A stretch of 64,000 nt of DNA from Dehalococcoidia bacterium. Lineage in GTDB: Bacteria > Chloroflexota > Dehalococcoidia > Lucifugimonadales > UBA3495. The position numbers and the translations under genes are program-made. The stretch lies in the NCBI GenBank assembly GCA_963666865.1, contig OY763072.1, positions 842,572 through 906,571 of the forward strand. Reading direction: 5' to 3'. Shown here in pieces: positions 31,951-43,481 of the stretch (position 1 is the first letter of the stretch; each line of letters starts with the position of its first letter). The notes below the pieces were generated by a model, which saw nothing but the letters and a program-made list of their open reading frames with translations, did not search any database and was not told the origin of the DNA.

Positions 31951-32659
31951 ACTGCTGGCGGCCAACGCGGCAGACGGGATCTGTCGCATCATCCATGCCG
32001 GCATGGTGCCATACCCCGAAGCGTGGGACTGGCAGGTCCGAATCGCCGATGAGGTTCGTGAGGGCTACGCCCCGGAGACCCTGCTGCTGCTGGAGCATCC
32101 CCATACCTACACCCGGGGTCGGTTGGCGCCCGATTCTGACCTGCTGTTGGACGCAAAAACCCTGGCGGCGCGCGGGGTCAGCGTGGTAGAAACCGACCGG
32201 GGCGGCCTGATTACCTACCACGGGCCAGGCCAACTGGTTGCGTACCCCATTATCAGGCTGCGTGGACGCGGTGGGCCGCATTGGTACGTGCGTCTGCTGG
32301 AGCAGGTCATCATACGCAGTCTGGGCGAGTTTGGCTTGCCGGCCACCGTAGTTGACAGGTTGACCGGTGTCTGGACTGCCGACGGGCAGCGGAAGATAGC
32401 GGCCATCGGCGTCAAAATAGCCGGCGGAATCGCGTACCACGGTTTCGCCATCAACGTGAACCCCGATCTGCGGATGTTCGCGGGGATTGTGCCGTGCGGG
32501 ATCCGCGACAGAACCGTAACCAGCATCGCCGCCGAGTTGGGTACGGCGCCATCAATAGCCTCGGTTGCGGAAGCTGTAGTGTCCGCATTCTGCGAGGTTT
32601 TTGCGCTGTGGCCCTTGCGTGATCTCTCTGGCAATCAAGCCTATCATTTGCGAAATTAG
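31928..32659 (+). CDS. lipB: octanoyltransferase LipB
   Basis: EHPHTYTRGR and ITYHGPGQLVAYPI motifs. The 5' end overlaps the E2 3' end. Confidence 0.85.
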   Translation: MTTLPSTELLAANAADGICRIIHAGMVPYPEAWDWQVRIADEVREGYAPETLLLLEHPHTYTRGRLAPDSDLLLDAKTLAARGVSVVETDRGGLITYHGPGQLVAYPIIRLRGRGGPHWYVRLLEQVIIRSLGEFGLPATVVDRLTGVWTADGQRKIAAIGVKIAGGIAYHGFAINVNPDLRMFAGIVPCGIRDRTVTSIAAELGTAPSIASVAEAVVSAFCEVFALWPLRDLSGNQAYHLRN

Positions 32660-32732
32660 TGACGCCTCCGCCCTTGACAAGACCGCTGTAGCGATGGGGA
32701 TAATTGGCCTGCGGTTCGCGAGGTGCAAACTC

Positions 32733-33332
32733 ATGAGCGAAATTAGCTTAATCAACGACGAACTCGCTGCGATGCGGGATTTCTTTTCCGAGGTTGTGCG
32801 TATCATCCCGAGCTTCGACATCACGAATCCTGACATTTTGCCGTATGGCCTAAAACCGCATACCCGCTCGGTTAGCTGGATAGCGGAACAGGTCATAGTG
32901 CAGCAGGCAAAATACAATCGTCAGGCGCTTGGCGTCGATGACGTGGATTTCAGTATGCCCGATACGAGCTTGCATGATTGCATCGTGTTGAAAAGCGAGG
33001 CGGAAAGGTATTACGTCAACATAAAGATTACCAATGCGAACGGACGAAGAAACAAGAATGATATTGCTGCGGTTGAGAAGCTGTTTATGCAGTACACGGC
33101 TATGCCCGATTATCGCTTGATTTATGCCGTTTTCGCTTTCACTTTTGACAACACTACCATATCGTTTGTACGCGACAGCATCCACACATTTTCACCTCAA
33201 TTCCTGCCGATCTATGTCAATCCACGAAACGATAAGATCCAGGCTTATTACCACGCCCCGCCGGAACCGAGGACTCGGCAAGAGTTTTTGGAACTACTGC
33301 AAAGCAATTCAAGGAGCATCGTCCTGCGATGA
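32733..33332 (+). CDS. putative type II restriction endonuclease (partner of the adjacent methyltransferase)
   Basis: 199 aa, low GC. ATGA overlap with the MTase start. No family recognised by eye; assignment is by context only. Confidence 0.4.
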   Translation: MSEISLINDELAAMRDFFSEVVRIIPSFDITNPDILPYGLKPHTRSVSWIAEQVIVQQAKYNRQALGVDDVDFSMPDTSLHDCIVLKSEAERYYVNIKITNANGRRNKNDIAAVEKLFMQYTAMPDYRLIYAVFAFTFDNTTISFVRDSIHTFSPQFLPIYVNPRNDKIQAYYHAPPEPRTRQEFLELLQSNSRSIVLR

Positions 33333-34096
33333 ACTACTCGATTTACAATGAGGATTTTCTATCCGGCGTAGGCCGTCTTGACAACGGCTCGGTGGATTTG
33401 GTTATCGCTGACCCGCCCTATTGCCTCGGCAAGGACTACGGGAACGATTCTGATATGATGGATCCCGCCGAATTTTTGGAATGGACCCAAGCATGGGTCG
33501 AGGCGGTTATGCCTAAATTAAAAGAGACCGGCAGTTTGTACGTTTTCACCACTTGGCGATTTTCACCGGAGATTTTTTCTTTTTTGAAAACTCGGATGAC
33601 GATGATTAACGAAATTATCTGGGACCGCAAAGTTCCCAGCATGGGCGGAACAACACGCCGATTCTCATCAGTGCATGACACCATCGGGTTTTTTGCTAAA
33701 TCCAAGAAATACTATTTTGATATAGATTCAGTACGGATCCCCTATGATGCGGAGACGAAAAAAGCGCGCACGAGGTCTATATTCGTTGGAAAAAAATGGT
33801 TGGAAGTTGGTTACAATCCCAAAGACGTTTGGAGCGTATCCCGGCTGCATCGATTGCATCGAGAACGCGAGGATCACCCAACACAAAAGCCGCTGGAAAT
33901 AGTAGAACGGATGGTGAAGTCCAGTTGCCCAGAATCAGGTGTTGTATTAGATCCGTTTGCCGGATCAGGCACGAGCGTAGAAGCTTGCTACAAGAATAAC
34001 CGTCAATGCATTGCTTTTGAAATAAGTTCATATTATTGCCAACTAATACGAGAACGCATTGCCCGTCTGACGGCGCAACCGACGTTGGGTCTATAG
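33329..34096 (+). CDS. beta-class N4-cytosine/N6-adenine DNA methyltransferase
   Basis: DPPY (VIADPPYC) precedes HPTQKP and VLDPFAGSGTS, i.e. motif IV before motif I. Confidence 0.85.
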   Translation: MNYSIYNEDFLSGVGRLDNGSVDLVIADPPYCLGKDYGNDSDMMDPAEFLEWTQAWVEAVMPKLKETGSLYVFTTWRFSPEIFSFLKTRMTMINEIIWDRKVPSMGGTTRRFSSVHDTIGFFAKSKKYYFDIDSVRIPYDAETKKARTRSIFVGKKWLEVGYNPKDVWSVSRLHRLHREREDHPTQKPLEIVERMVKSSCPESGVVLDPFAGSGTSVEACYKNNRQCIAFEISSYYCQLIRERIARLTAQPTLGL

Positions 34097-34120
34097 CTCG
34101 AGTTATGGCACAACTTTGCG

Positions 34121-35713
34121 ATGCAGTACGACGTAATCATCATTGGCGGCGGATCTGCCGGCTGCGCCCTGGCAACCCGGTTGTCGGAAAACCCCAACCG
34201 CTCGGTGTTGCTGCTGGAGGCCGGCCCCGACTACGCGGAGTTCGAGCAGTGGCCGGCGGAGTTGCGCGACGGAACCAGCCAGGATGCTTCCACCCCAGGC
34301 GGGCCGTTCAACTGGTCATACCGGGCTATTGGCACCGACCGCCAGCCCGAGCCGATGCACATTGCCCGGGGCCGAGTGATGGGCGGCTCCGGCGCCGTCA
34401 ACGGCCAGGTCTTCCTGCGGGGCCTTCCCGAGGACTATGATTCCTGGGCGGAGCAGGGCAACGACCAATGGGCTTACCGGCACGTGCTGCCCTTCTTCCG
34501 CAAACTGGAAATCGACGCCGACGCCCACGACGACTTTCACGGCAGTGATGGCCCGATACCGGTGGTGCGCGCCCCGCGAGAAGCCTGGCATCCCTTCCAG
34601 CACGCCTTCGCTCAAGCGTGCGCCGACCTGGGTTATCCCGAAGACCCGGACATGAACCATCCGTCTTCCGAGGGTTTTGGGCCGGCACCGATGAACAATC
34701 CGGCCGGCATACGCATGAGTTCCGCCCTGGCTTATCTGTCCACGGCGCGTCACCGCCTCAACCTGACGATACGAGGCAACGTCGTGGCGCGGCGGATACT
34801 GTTTGAGCGTGGTTCGACAGGCTCACCACGAGCGGGCACAGCACTGCGGGCGGTGGGTGTGGAGGTGGAAAGCGGCGGCGAGGTGTTCACGGTGGGAGGC
34901 GACGAGATCGCTTTGTGCGCCAGCGGCATCGCCTCGCCGCAATTGCTGATGCTTTCCGGCATCGGCCCGGCCGACCATCTGAACGACCTCGGCATTCCGG
35001 TGGCGCGCGACTTGCCGGGCGTGGGCCGGAATCTGCGGGACCATCCCTTGGTGTACGTGGACTCGGCGCTACATCATGACTACCTTCCCACCGATTTTTC
35101 CGGCTCCCGCATCCAGACCCTGCTGCGCTACACCACCGCCGGCTCCACGACGCGCAACGATATGCACGTATATGTCAACAACGTCGCGTCTGGGCCAAGT
35201 CCCCTGGGCAGTGGCCCCGGAGCAGAGCGGCCGATGCTGCGTATGACGTGCATCCTGCAAAACGCGGACAGCGACGGCGAGTTGCGCCTTGCCTCGGCGG
35301 ACCCTCATGACAAGCCACTGATCGACTACCGCTATCTGCGTAGCGAATGGGACCGGCAGAGGCTGCGGGATAGTGTCCGCCTTTGCCGTCGCATCCTCGA
35401 TCAGCCTTCCTTCGCCGGCATCTCTGGAGGGCCGCTTTCGCCGACCCCAGAAGAACTGGAGTCGGATGATGCGCTGGATGACTGGCTGCTCCGCAATGTG
35501 TTCACCACTTTTCACACGTCGGGGTCGTGCCGCATGGGGCCGGCCGGCGATCCTTTGGCGGTGGTGGACCAGTATTGTCGAGTGCATGGCGTCAACAACC
35601 TGCGAGTGGTGGATATTTCCATCTGCCCCAACGTGGTGCGGGCCAACACCAACGCCACGGCGATTATGATTGCGGAGCGCGCCGCCGGCTGGATTGGCAA
35701 CGGCGGCGGATAG
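34121..35713 (+). CDS. GMC-family FAD oxidoreductase (choline dehydrogenase-like)
   Basis: YDVIIIGGGSAGCALATRLSE and C-terminal HTSGSCRMG motifs. Confidence 0.85.
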   Translation: MQYDVIIIGGGSAGCALATRLSENPNRSVLLLEAGPDYAEFEQWPAELRDGTSQDASTPGGPFNWSYRAIGTDRQPEPMHIARGRVMGGSGAVNGQVFLRGLPEDYDSWAEQGNDQWAYRHVLPFFRKLEIDADAHDDFHGSDGPIPVVRAPREAWHPFQHAFAQACADLGYPEDPDMNHPSSEGFGPAPMNNPAGIRMSSALAYLSTARHRLNLTIRGNVVARRILFERGSTGSPRAGTALRAVGVEVESGGEVFTVGGDEIALCASGIASPQLLMLSGIGPADHLNDLGIPVARDLPGVGRNLRDHPLVYVDSALHHDYLPTDFSGSRIQTLLRYTTAGSTTRNDMHVYVNNVASGPSPLGSGPGAERPMLRMTCILQNADSDGELRLASADPHDKPLIDYRYLRSEWDRQRLRDSVRLCRRILDQPSFAGISGGPLSPTPEELESDDALDDWLLRNVFTTFHTSGSCRMGPAGDPLAVVDQYCRVHGVNNLRVVDISICPNVVRANTNATAIMIAERAAGWIGNGGG

Positions 35714-35783
35714 TCCCCCCGGCGCTAACCCTGATTGCGGACGTGGTTCATATACCGCGCTATAATCGGCTCTACCAGAGCTT

Positions 35784-35916
35784 GTTAACATTTTCCCGTC
35801 ATTCCCGCGAAAGCGGGAATCCAGAGAGCATAGAGTGAGGCCAACGTTCCTGTCGCAGAGGCTTTTCTGGGTTCCTGCTTTCGCAGGAACGACGGTGCGA
35901 TTCTCAAAATGTTAAC
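35784..35916. repeat. MITE/REP-like element with 11-bp terminal inverted repeats and two internal hairpins
   Basis: gttaacatttt (35784..35794) and aaaatgttaac (35906..35916). Hairpins attcccgcgaaagcgggaat (35801..35820) and gttcctgctttcgcaggaac (35871..35890). Confidence 0.5.
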
Positions 35917-35983
35917 AGACCCTAGAAACATTGGTAGATATTTGGACAGTGATGCTCTCAAAACATGACCGCAGGAGGGGATA

Positions 35984-37426
35984 ATGCTGGATTTGATTAT
36001 CAAGGGCGGGACCGTGGTCACTCCGGCAGGAGTTGGCCTCAAGGACGTCGGCATCCAGGGAGAGCAAATTGCCGCGGTGGTCGCCCCAGGTATCCTGGAC
36101 GATTTAGGCGCGGGGGAGGTGATTGACGCGACCGGAATGATTGTTCTGCCCGGTGGTATCGAACCCCACGCCCACATCAACGTGCCGGTGCCCGATTATT
36201 GGGCCGGCGGCGACGACGGCGTGTTCACCCAACCGCCGGAAGCCGCCAGCCGGGCCGCTGCCTTCGGCGGAGTGACGACCTTCGTGGACTTTGCCGGCGC
36301 GTTGCCGCTGACGCCGGGAGCGGTGCCGCCATCAGATCCCATCATGGCCCAGATTGAAACCCGACGGGACATTTTCCGTGGCCATTCCTACATAGACCAC
36401 ACCTTCCACTACATCCTGGCCGGAGCTATCCCACCCAGCACCATGGGCGAGATTGGCGAAGCTATCCAGTCCGGCGTCGCCAGTTTCAAGATTTTCACCA
36501 CCTTCCACGCCCGGGTTCCCATGGGACACCTTTGGGAGATTTTCCAGGAGGTGGGCAAACACGGCGGCATCATGGCCGTTCACGCCGAGGAAGATGACAT
36601 CGTCACTTACATGGAGGAAAAACTGGAACGGGAGGGCCGCGACCACGCCTCCAACCTGCACCTGGCCCACAACAACATCTCCGAGGACATCTCCTTCCGC
36701 AAGGTGGTTCGGCTGGCCCAGAAGACCGAAACGGGCATCTATTTCGTCCACACCACGGCCAAAGAGGGCGTGGCCGCCATCGCGGAAGCCCGGGCCGCCC
36801 AGCTGCCGGTGTACGGCGAGGCCCTGCACAATTATCTCGAGTTCACCTACGACGACTACCTGAAGCCCGACGGTTTGGCCATCCACACCTATCCGGCCAT
36901 CAAGTTCTCCGACGACCGCGATGCACTGCAGCAGGGATTGGTGGACGGCCCCATCTGCACCACCGCCACCGACGAATGGACCACCTACAAGAACGTCAAG
37001 CTGGCGGGAGACACCATCCGCACCCTGTGCGGCGGCCACAATGGCATCGAGACCCGGATGCCGGTGACCTATACCAAGCTGGCAGCCAACGGGCGCATCG
37101 ACCTGGAACGGTTCGCGGCCATCACCTCAACCAACGCCGCGAAAATCCTGGGCATGTACCCGCAGAAGGGCGCGGTTGCCGTGGGCAGCGACGCCGACAT
37201 CGTCATCTTCGACCCCAACCTGAAGAAGACAATAACGGTGGACGAGCTGCACGCCAACTCGGACTATTCCATCTGGGATGGTTTCGAGTGCGAAGGCTAC
37301 CCGATCATGACGCTGCTGCGGGGAAAGGTCATCGTGCGGGACGGGCAGTTGCTGGGCAGCTCGGACGACGGACGCTGGCTTTCCCGCAAAGTGGCGCCAC
37401 GGGTGATTACGCAGACGTCGGTGTAG
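35984..37426 (+). CDS. cyclic amidohydrolase (dihydropyrimidinase/D-hydantoinase-like)
   Basis: 480 aa; LIIKGGTVV...PGGIEPHAH metal-binding N-terminus. Confidence 0.7.
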   Translation: MLDLIIKGGTVVTPAGVGLKDVGIQGEQIAAVVAPGILDDLGAGEVIDATGMIVLPGGIEPHAHINVPVPDYWAGGDDGVFTQPPEAASRAAAFGGVTTFVDFAGALPLTPGAVPPSDPIMAQIETRRDIFRGHSYIDHTFHYILAGAIPPSTMGEIGEAIQSGVASFKIFTTFHARVPMGHLWEIFQEVGKHGGIMAVHAEEDDIVTYMEEKLEREGRDHASNLHLAHNNISEDISFRKVVRLAQKTETGIYFVHTTAKEGVAAIAEARAAQLPVYGEALHNYLEFTYDDYLKPDGLAIHTYPAIKFSDDRDALQQGLVDGPICTTATDEWTTYKNVKLAGDTIRTLCGGHNGIETRMPVTYTKLAANGRIDLERFAAITSTNAAKILGMYPQKGAVAVGSDADIVIFDPNLKKTITVDELHANSDYSIWDGFECEGYPIMTLLRGKVIVRDGQLLGSSDDGRWLSRKVAPRVITQTSV

Positions 37427-37576
37427 GAACGAGGGCGTAGCCGCAATGTCGCGGTTGGGTGACCATCGCCATTCCGGCGGTTAAAAAGAAGGAGCGGCCG
37501 GTCCCGAGGGGGAGTCGCTGAAGGAGCGGCTCGCTGCCGGTCGCTGGAGTACGATTTTACCGCTGTCAACCGCCGG

Positions 37577-37606
37577 TTGCAACAGGCAGCACGGTTTCGC
37601 TACAAT
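37577..37606 (+). promoter_or_regulatory. possible sigma70-type promoter for the EF-G-like gene
   Basis: TTGCAA-N18-TACAAT, 44 nt upstream of ATG 37650. Sequence match only. Confidence 0.3.
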
Positions 37607-37649
37607 CAGCCATTGGCATCTGATTGACGAACGAAAGAGGGGTAACACG

Positions 37650-39677
37650 ATGGCCGTATCCGCCAGTACCATTCGCAACGTCGCGCTGCTATCCCATAGC
37701 GGCGCGGGCAAGACCACCCTTGCCGAGACCATGCTGTTCAACGCCAAGGTGATTAACCGGATCGGCCGTGTTGAGGACGGCAACACCGTTTCCGACTACG
37801 AACCGGAGGAAGCCAAGCGTTCCGCCAGCGTGCAGACCAGTCTGCTGCGGTTCTCGGAGGGAGACAACAAGGTCAACCTGCTCGACACCCCGGGCTATGA
37901 CGAGTTCCTGGGCGAGGCCGTTGCCGCCGTCCGGGTGGTGGAATCGGCGATGATCCTGGTGGCCGCGCCCACCGGCGTTGACGTCGGCACCGAGCGCGCC
38001 TGGGACATGGCGCAGGAACGCGGATTGCCCATCGCCATCGTCCTCAACAAGATGGACCGGGAAAACGCGAGCTTTGAGCGCAACGTACAGGAACTGGTGA
38101 GCATCTTCGGCAACCGCTGTGTCCCCTTCCAGCTGCCCATCGGCGAAGCCCAGGATTTCACCGGCCTGGTGAGTGTCATCGACCCGCCGGCCGACATCCC
38201 TGCCGGGGTGGTGGGCGATTTTGATTCCGCCCGCGAGCGTCTCATTGAGGCGGTGGCAGAGTCCGACGACGCCCTGGCCGATAAGTACCTGGAAGGCGAG
38301 GAAATCACCGCCGCCGAGGTAACCGCCGGCGCCCGCGAAGCCATCCGCAACGGCGACCTGGTTCCCATCCTAGTGTCCTCGGCAACGCAGAACATTGGCG
38401 TCGAAGAACTGGTCCAAGTGATACACGATTTCCTGCCGTCGCCAGCCGACCTGCCGGCGACCTCCGGCGATGACGACATAACGGCCGACGCCTCCGGCCC
38501 CGCCGCCGCGCTGGTGTTCAAGACCACATCCGACCCCTTCGTGGGCAAACTGTCAATGTTCCGGGTCTATCGTGGTACGGCCCATTCCAACGGCGAGATC
38601 TATAACGTCAACAAGGGAGAGTCCGAGCGGTTGGGCCAGTTGTACCTGCCCCAGGGCAAGAACCAGGACAACGTGGCCGAGGTGGTCGCCGGTGACATCG
38701 GCGCTGTGGGCAAACTGAACGCCACCCTCACTGGGGACACGTTGGCCGCCAGCGACAATCGCGTTACGCTGACCGGCATTGACTTCCCCAAGGGCTTCTA
38801 CTCGCTGGCCGTGGTTCCGGCGACCCAGGCCGACCTGGACAAGATGAGCACCTCCCTGGCGCGCATCGTCGAGGACGACCCCAGCCTCCAGTTCACCCGC
38901 AACCCCGAAACCAGCGAGAGCCTGCTCACCGGCCTGGGCGAAGTGCAGATTGAAGTGGCCCTGGACCGCATCAAGCGCAAGTTCGGCGCCAGCCTCAACG
39001 TCAAGCTGCCCGTGGTCCCCTACCGCGAGACCATCACCCAGATCACCAACTCAGAATACCGGCACAAGAAGCAGACCGGCGGCAGCGGCCAGTACGGTCA
39101 CGTCCTGCTCCGGATCGAGCCGAAGACCCGCGACGAAGGCTTCGAGTTCGGCAACGAGGTGGTCGGCGGGCGCGTGCCCCGGGAGTTGATACCCGCGGTG
39201 GAAAAGGGCGTCGTCAACACGCTGAGAGAAGGCGTACTGGCCGGCTTCCCGGTGGTGGACCTGAAAGCCGTCATCTACGACGGCAGCACGCACCCGGTGG
39301 ACGGCAAACCCATCGCCTTCGAGATCGCCGGCAGCCAGGCCCTGCGTCAGGGTATGCAGAAGGCGTCGCCCGTGCTGCTGGAGCCCATCGTCCGGCTGTA
39401 CGTCACCGTCCCGGAGAACTACACCGGCGACATCATCAGCGACCTCAACGGCAAGCGGGGCCGCATCCTGGGCATGAACCCAGAAAACCGCTACACGGTA
39501 ATCGAGGCTGAGGTCCCCCAGGCCGAGGTGCAGCGCTACTCCCAGGACCTGCGCTCCATGACCGGCGGCCGCGGCTCCTACCGCTACGAGTTCGACCACT
39601 ACGAGCAGGTGCCGCAGAACATCGAGCAGCGCGTCATCGACACCGCCAAGCAGGCCAAGGAGGGGGCAACGGCTTAA
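37650..39677 (+). CDS. elongation factor G paralogue (EF-G2-like), 675 aa
   Basis: AHSGAGKTT-type G1 motif (LSHSGAGKTTL), DTPG, NKMD. Stand-alone, not in an rpsL-rpsG context. Confidence 0.85.
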   Translation: MAVSASTIRNVALLSHSGAGKTTLAETMLFNAKVINRIGRVEDGNTVSDYEPEEAKRSASVQTSLLRFSEGDNKVNLLDTPGYDEFLGEAVAAVRVVESAMILVAAPTGVDVGTERAWDMAQERGLPIAIVLNKMDRENASFERNVQELVSIFGNRCVPFQLPIGEAQDFTGLVSVIDPPADIPAGVVGDFDSARERLIEAVAESDDALADKYLEGEEITAAEVTAGAREAIRNGDLVPILVSSATQNIGVEELVQVIHDFLPSPADLPATSGDDDITADASGPAAALVFKTTSDPFVGKLSMFRVYRGTAHSNGEIYNVNKGESERLGQLYLPQGKNQDNVAEVVAGDIGAVGKLNATLTGDTLAASDNRVTLTGIDFPKGFYSLAVVPATQADLDKMSTSLARIVEDDPSLQFTRNPETSESLLTGLGEVQIEVALDRIKRKFGASLNVKLPVVPYRETITQITNSEYRHKKQTGGSGQYGHVLLRIEPKTRDEGFEFGNEVVGGRVPRELIPAVEKGVVNTLREGVLAGFPVVDLKAVIYDGSTHPVDGKPIAFEIAGSQALRQGMQKASPVLLEPIVRLYVTVPENYTGDIISDLNGKRGRILGMNPENRYTVIEAEVPQAEVQRYSQDLRSMTGGRGSYRYEFDHYEQVPQNIEQRVIDTAKQAKEGATA

Positions 39678-39708
39678 ACCTCAGTGGCGAAACCGTGCAA
39701 CAAATGAG

Positions 39709-39729
39709 GGGCGGGTTTGCAACCCGCCC
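39709..39729. repeat. REP-like hairpin GGGCGGGTT-TGC-AACCCGCCC
   Basis: 9-bp perfect stem, followed by TAC as in the other GGGGCG...CCCCTAC elements. Confidence 0.5.
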
Positions 39730-39751
39730 TACTGGTACTCAAAAGGATAGC

Positions 39752-40048
39752 ATGACAACGCAAGCAGCAGCCCCGCTACCAGGCGTAGAACAACGTCTGG
39801 CGAGCATCGAATCCCGTCTGGCCGCTCTGGAGGCCACGATGGCGTTGTTCATTGAGGAACAGCGGCAGTACCGGGAGGAACAACGCCATTACCGGGAGGA
39901 ACAGCGCGCCGAACAGCGCGAGTTCCGGCAAGAAAACAACGCCCGGTTGGGCCGAGTAGAAGCCAACCTCACCCGGATTTACCTCACTATCATCGGGCTG
40001 ATGGGTACCATCATCGTTGGCGGCATCATCCTCAGAGTGCTTGGCTGA
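39752..40048 (+). CDS. small coiled-coil protein with C-terminal transmembrane helix
   Basis: AAGGA lies 5 nt before ATG 39752. EEQRQYREEQRHYREEQRAEQREFRQ repeats, then IIGLMGTIIVGGIIL. Confidence 0.45.
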   Translation: MTTQAAAPLPGVEQRLASIESRLAALEATMALFIEEQRQYREEQRHYREEQRAEQREFRQENNARLGRVEANLTRIYLTIIGLMGTIIVGGIILRVLG

Positions 40049-40086
40049 CGAGACTCTTACCTATTCGTAGGCAACGAAGTCGAAGT

Positions 40087-40248
40087 TCCCCAGGCTGAAG
40101 CGCGGTGCTACTCCTTGGGCGTGCGCTCCATGACCGGCGGCCGCGGCTCCTACCGCTACGAGTTCGACCACTACGAACAGGTCCCGCAAAAATCGAGCAG
40201 CGGGTGATCGACACCGTCAAGCAGGCCGAGGAGGGGGCGACGGCGTAA
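40087..40248 (+). pseudogene. displaced duplicate of the EF-G-like gene 3' end
   Basis: 40123..40248 aligns with 39551..39677: the first 54 nt are identical, then about 10 substitutions and a 1-nt deletion (cagaacatcgag versus caaaaatcgag). Weaker similarity continues back to about 40087. Confidence 0.8.
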
Positions 40249-40275
40249 GCGGTGCTATTGCAGTCCCGAACGATG

Positions 40276-40299
40276 CGGCGGCAAGTCAGTTTGCCGCCG
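40276..40299. terminator. hairpin cggcggcaa-gtcagt-ttgccgccg, possible terminator
   Basis: 9-bp perfect GC-rich stem followed by tactttatctt on the + strand. Lies between convergent features. Confidence 0.4.
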
Positions 40300-40303
40300 T
40301 ACT

Positions 40304-41056
40304 TTATCTTAAGTTAGATAAGGAACCGCCACTCATGACGGTGAACAAACAGTGGTATGTGAACATTAGTTCCTTTCCAGATTCCGTCATCTCTTGCGGG
40401 AATTTCTTCAAAATAGAATCACGGTATTCGTCAAATTCCTTGCCCTGCATCAGTTCCTTGGCAGTGCGTATAATTTGGCCTATGTCCATTTTTCCTGAGA
40501 ATTCCTCGTACTCCTTGGGCAGGAGTTGCGGTGCGATCGTCCTAGCAAGGGATGCCTGAGTGGAAAAGTGGGGTATTGAACCGAAAAGACCCGGGGTCTT
40601 TTTGTTGATGAGAAATCTTTCCACCGTCCGACCGAGCGCAATTATCTTAGCGTCCCGCATTGACACTAACCGCAGCTCTTCCTCCAGTAACGGGTACCAC
40701 ACGGCCCAGCGCTCTTTACGAGTCTCCTTGGCTTGGGCGGTCGGCATCCCTCCCTTCGCTACATCGGTAACGTGACACGACTGACCGGCTCGGCACAGAT
40801 ATTTGCGCAGGCAGAATTGCATTAAAAAATCTTCGTAAGATGCCATGAAGTTTCGGGGGACGTTTGATGGGCCATCGGCTTGGCCCGTACCGGATGGCTC
40901 CATAGCCACCAAAACGAAATCAACCGGGCCCTTGGGCTCGACATTCGGGAGGTAATAACTCTTCTCCGGGTAATCTTTCAAAAGCGTTTGGTTGTCAATC
41001 TGAATCCGATCTTTGAATTTAAGCTCCAACGCCCTGTATCGTTCTTCGAAAGTCAT
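40304..41056 (-). CDS. hypothetical protein, possibly uracil-DNA-glycosylase superfamily fold
   Basis: 250 aa, low GC. VLVAMEPSG and GSIPHFS resemble UDG motifs A and B. Weak. Confidence 0.4.
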   Translation of the reverse strand: MTFEERYRALELKFKDRIQIDNQTLLKDYPEKSYYLPNVEPKGPVDFVLVAMEPSGTGQADGPSNVPRNFMASYEDFLMQFCLRKYLCRAGQSCHVTDVAKGGMPTAQAKETRKERWAVWYPLLEEELRLVSMRDAKIIALGRTVERFLINKKTPGLFGSIPHFSTQASLARTIAPQLLPKEYEEFSGKMDIGQIIRTAKELMQGKEFDEYRDSILKKFPQEMTESGKELMFTYHCLFTVMSGGSLSNLR

Positions 41057-41086
41057 ACCGATCTCCCGTTTACGAGCTGGTTGAGT

Positions 41087-42769
<1,683 letters not shown>

Positions 42770-42781
42770 GGGAGGCTCCTG

Positions 42782-43219
42782 TCAGTCGTGGATATCAATA
42801 GCCATAATGATGTGATTGGGGTATTTGGTCAACAACTCACGAGCCGCGGGTATTTTGGCTGGATCCGGCGGATGGAAAATATCGTAGCTATGGCGCATCA
42901 AACTCAATCGTTCGGTTGGTGTAAAGATTTCGGCCGGCCAGCCCTGTTCCTCGGGGTCAAGTTGCCGAACCACCGTTGCGTTGCCCGGAACATCCTTCCA
43001 CCATTCGTTCTGCATATCATGGGGCAGCGGCGTGCTGTCGGCCAACCCCGGGGCTAGCCTTTGGCTCCACCGGCCTCCTATGACATACCATCCCACCCGT
43101 TCCTGCCTGGGATCATCCAGGATGGCTTCCATGGACAAGCAGGCGGCAGTCATTTCGACCGCATCGGGGATGGCTTGTTGGGTCTGAACGTCGGTTACAA
43201 CCCAAGAGTACGTGTGCAT
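42782..43219 (-). CDS. hypothetical protein (145 aa)
   Basis: ATG 43219 lies 1 nt after the upstream stop. No family recognised. Confidence 0.4.
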   Translation of the reverse strand: MHTYSWVVTDVQTQQAIPDAVEMTAACLSMEAILDDPRQERVGWYVIGGRWSQRLAPGLADSTPLPHDMQNEWWKDVPGNATVVRQLDPEEQGWPAEIFTPTERLSLMRHSYDIFHPPDPAKIPAARELLTKYPNHIIMAIDIHD

Positions 43220-43220
43220 A

Positions 43221-43460
43221 TTACGTTGCCTTGTCGTTGCCACTGATCGATCTGATGCCGGCATTGCTGCCAAGACCCAACAGCACTCCCACCGAAACCT
43301 TGATAATCCAGTCGGCAGTAATGAGCATATCGGATTGGGCCGTCGTCAACTCGTCGTCAGGAATCGGCGAGAGCCAGATCCAAATGCCGAAGCCAACGGC
43401 AAGCAGCACTAACGGTGCGAAGAGCTGCACAAAGGCAGCCACCCGACGCGGGTTATTCAT
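43221..43460 (-). CDS. small membrane protein (79 aa)
   Basis: Two hydrophobic helices (FAPLVLLAVGFGIWIWL, VSVGVLLGLG). Confidence 0.4.
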   Translation of the reverse strand: MNNPRRVAAFVQLFAPLVLLAVGFGIWIWLSPIPDDELTTAQSDMLITADWIIKVSVGVLLGLGSNAGIRSISGNDKAT

Positions 43461-43481
43461 GGCGTGGAGTCTCTGTGACCA

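Noticed and set aside
35801-35820. ATTCCC-N8-GGGAAT, identical in form to the Neisseria dRS3 repeat
   Set aside because: This is a single occurrence inside a larger MITE-like element in an unrelated high-GC genome. The resemblance is most likely coincidental.
37650-39677. EF-G-like gene as a possible SelB (Sec-specific elongation factor)
   Set aside because: It has the full five-domain EF-G length and motifs (675 aa, C-terminal EF-G domains IV and V) rather than the EF-Tu-like core plus winged-helix extension of SelB. It gives no support for Sec machinery within this window.
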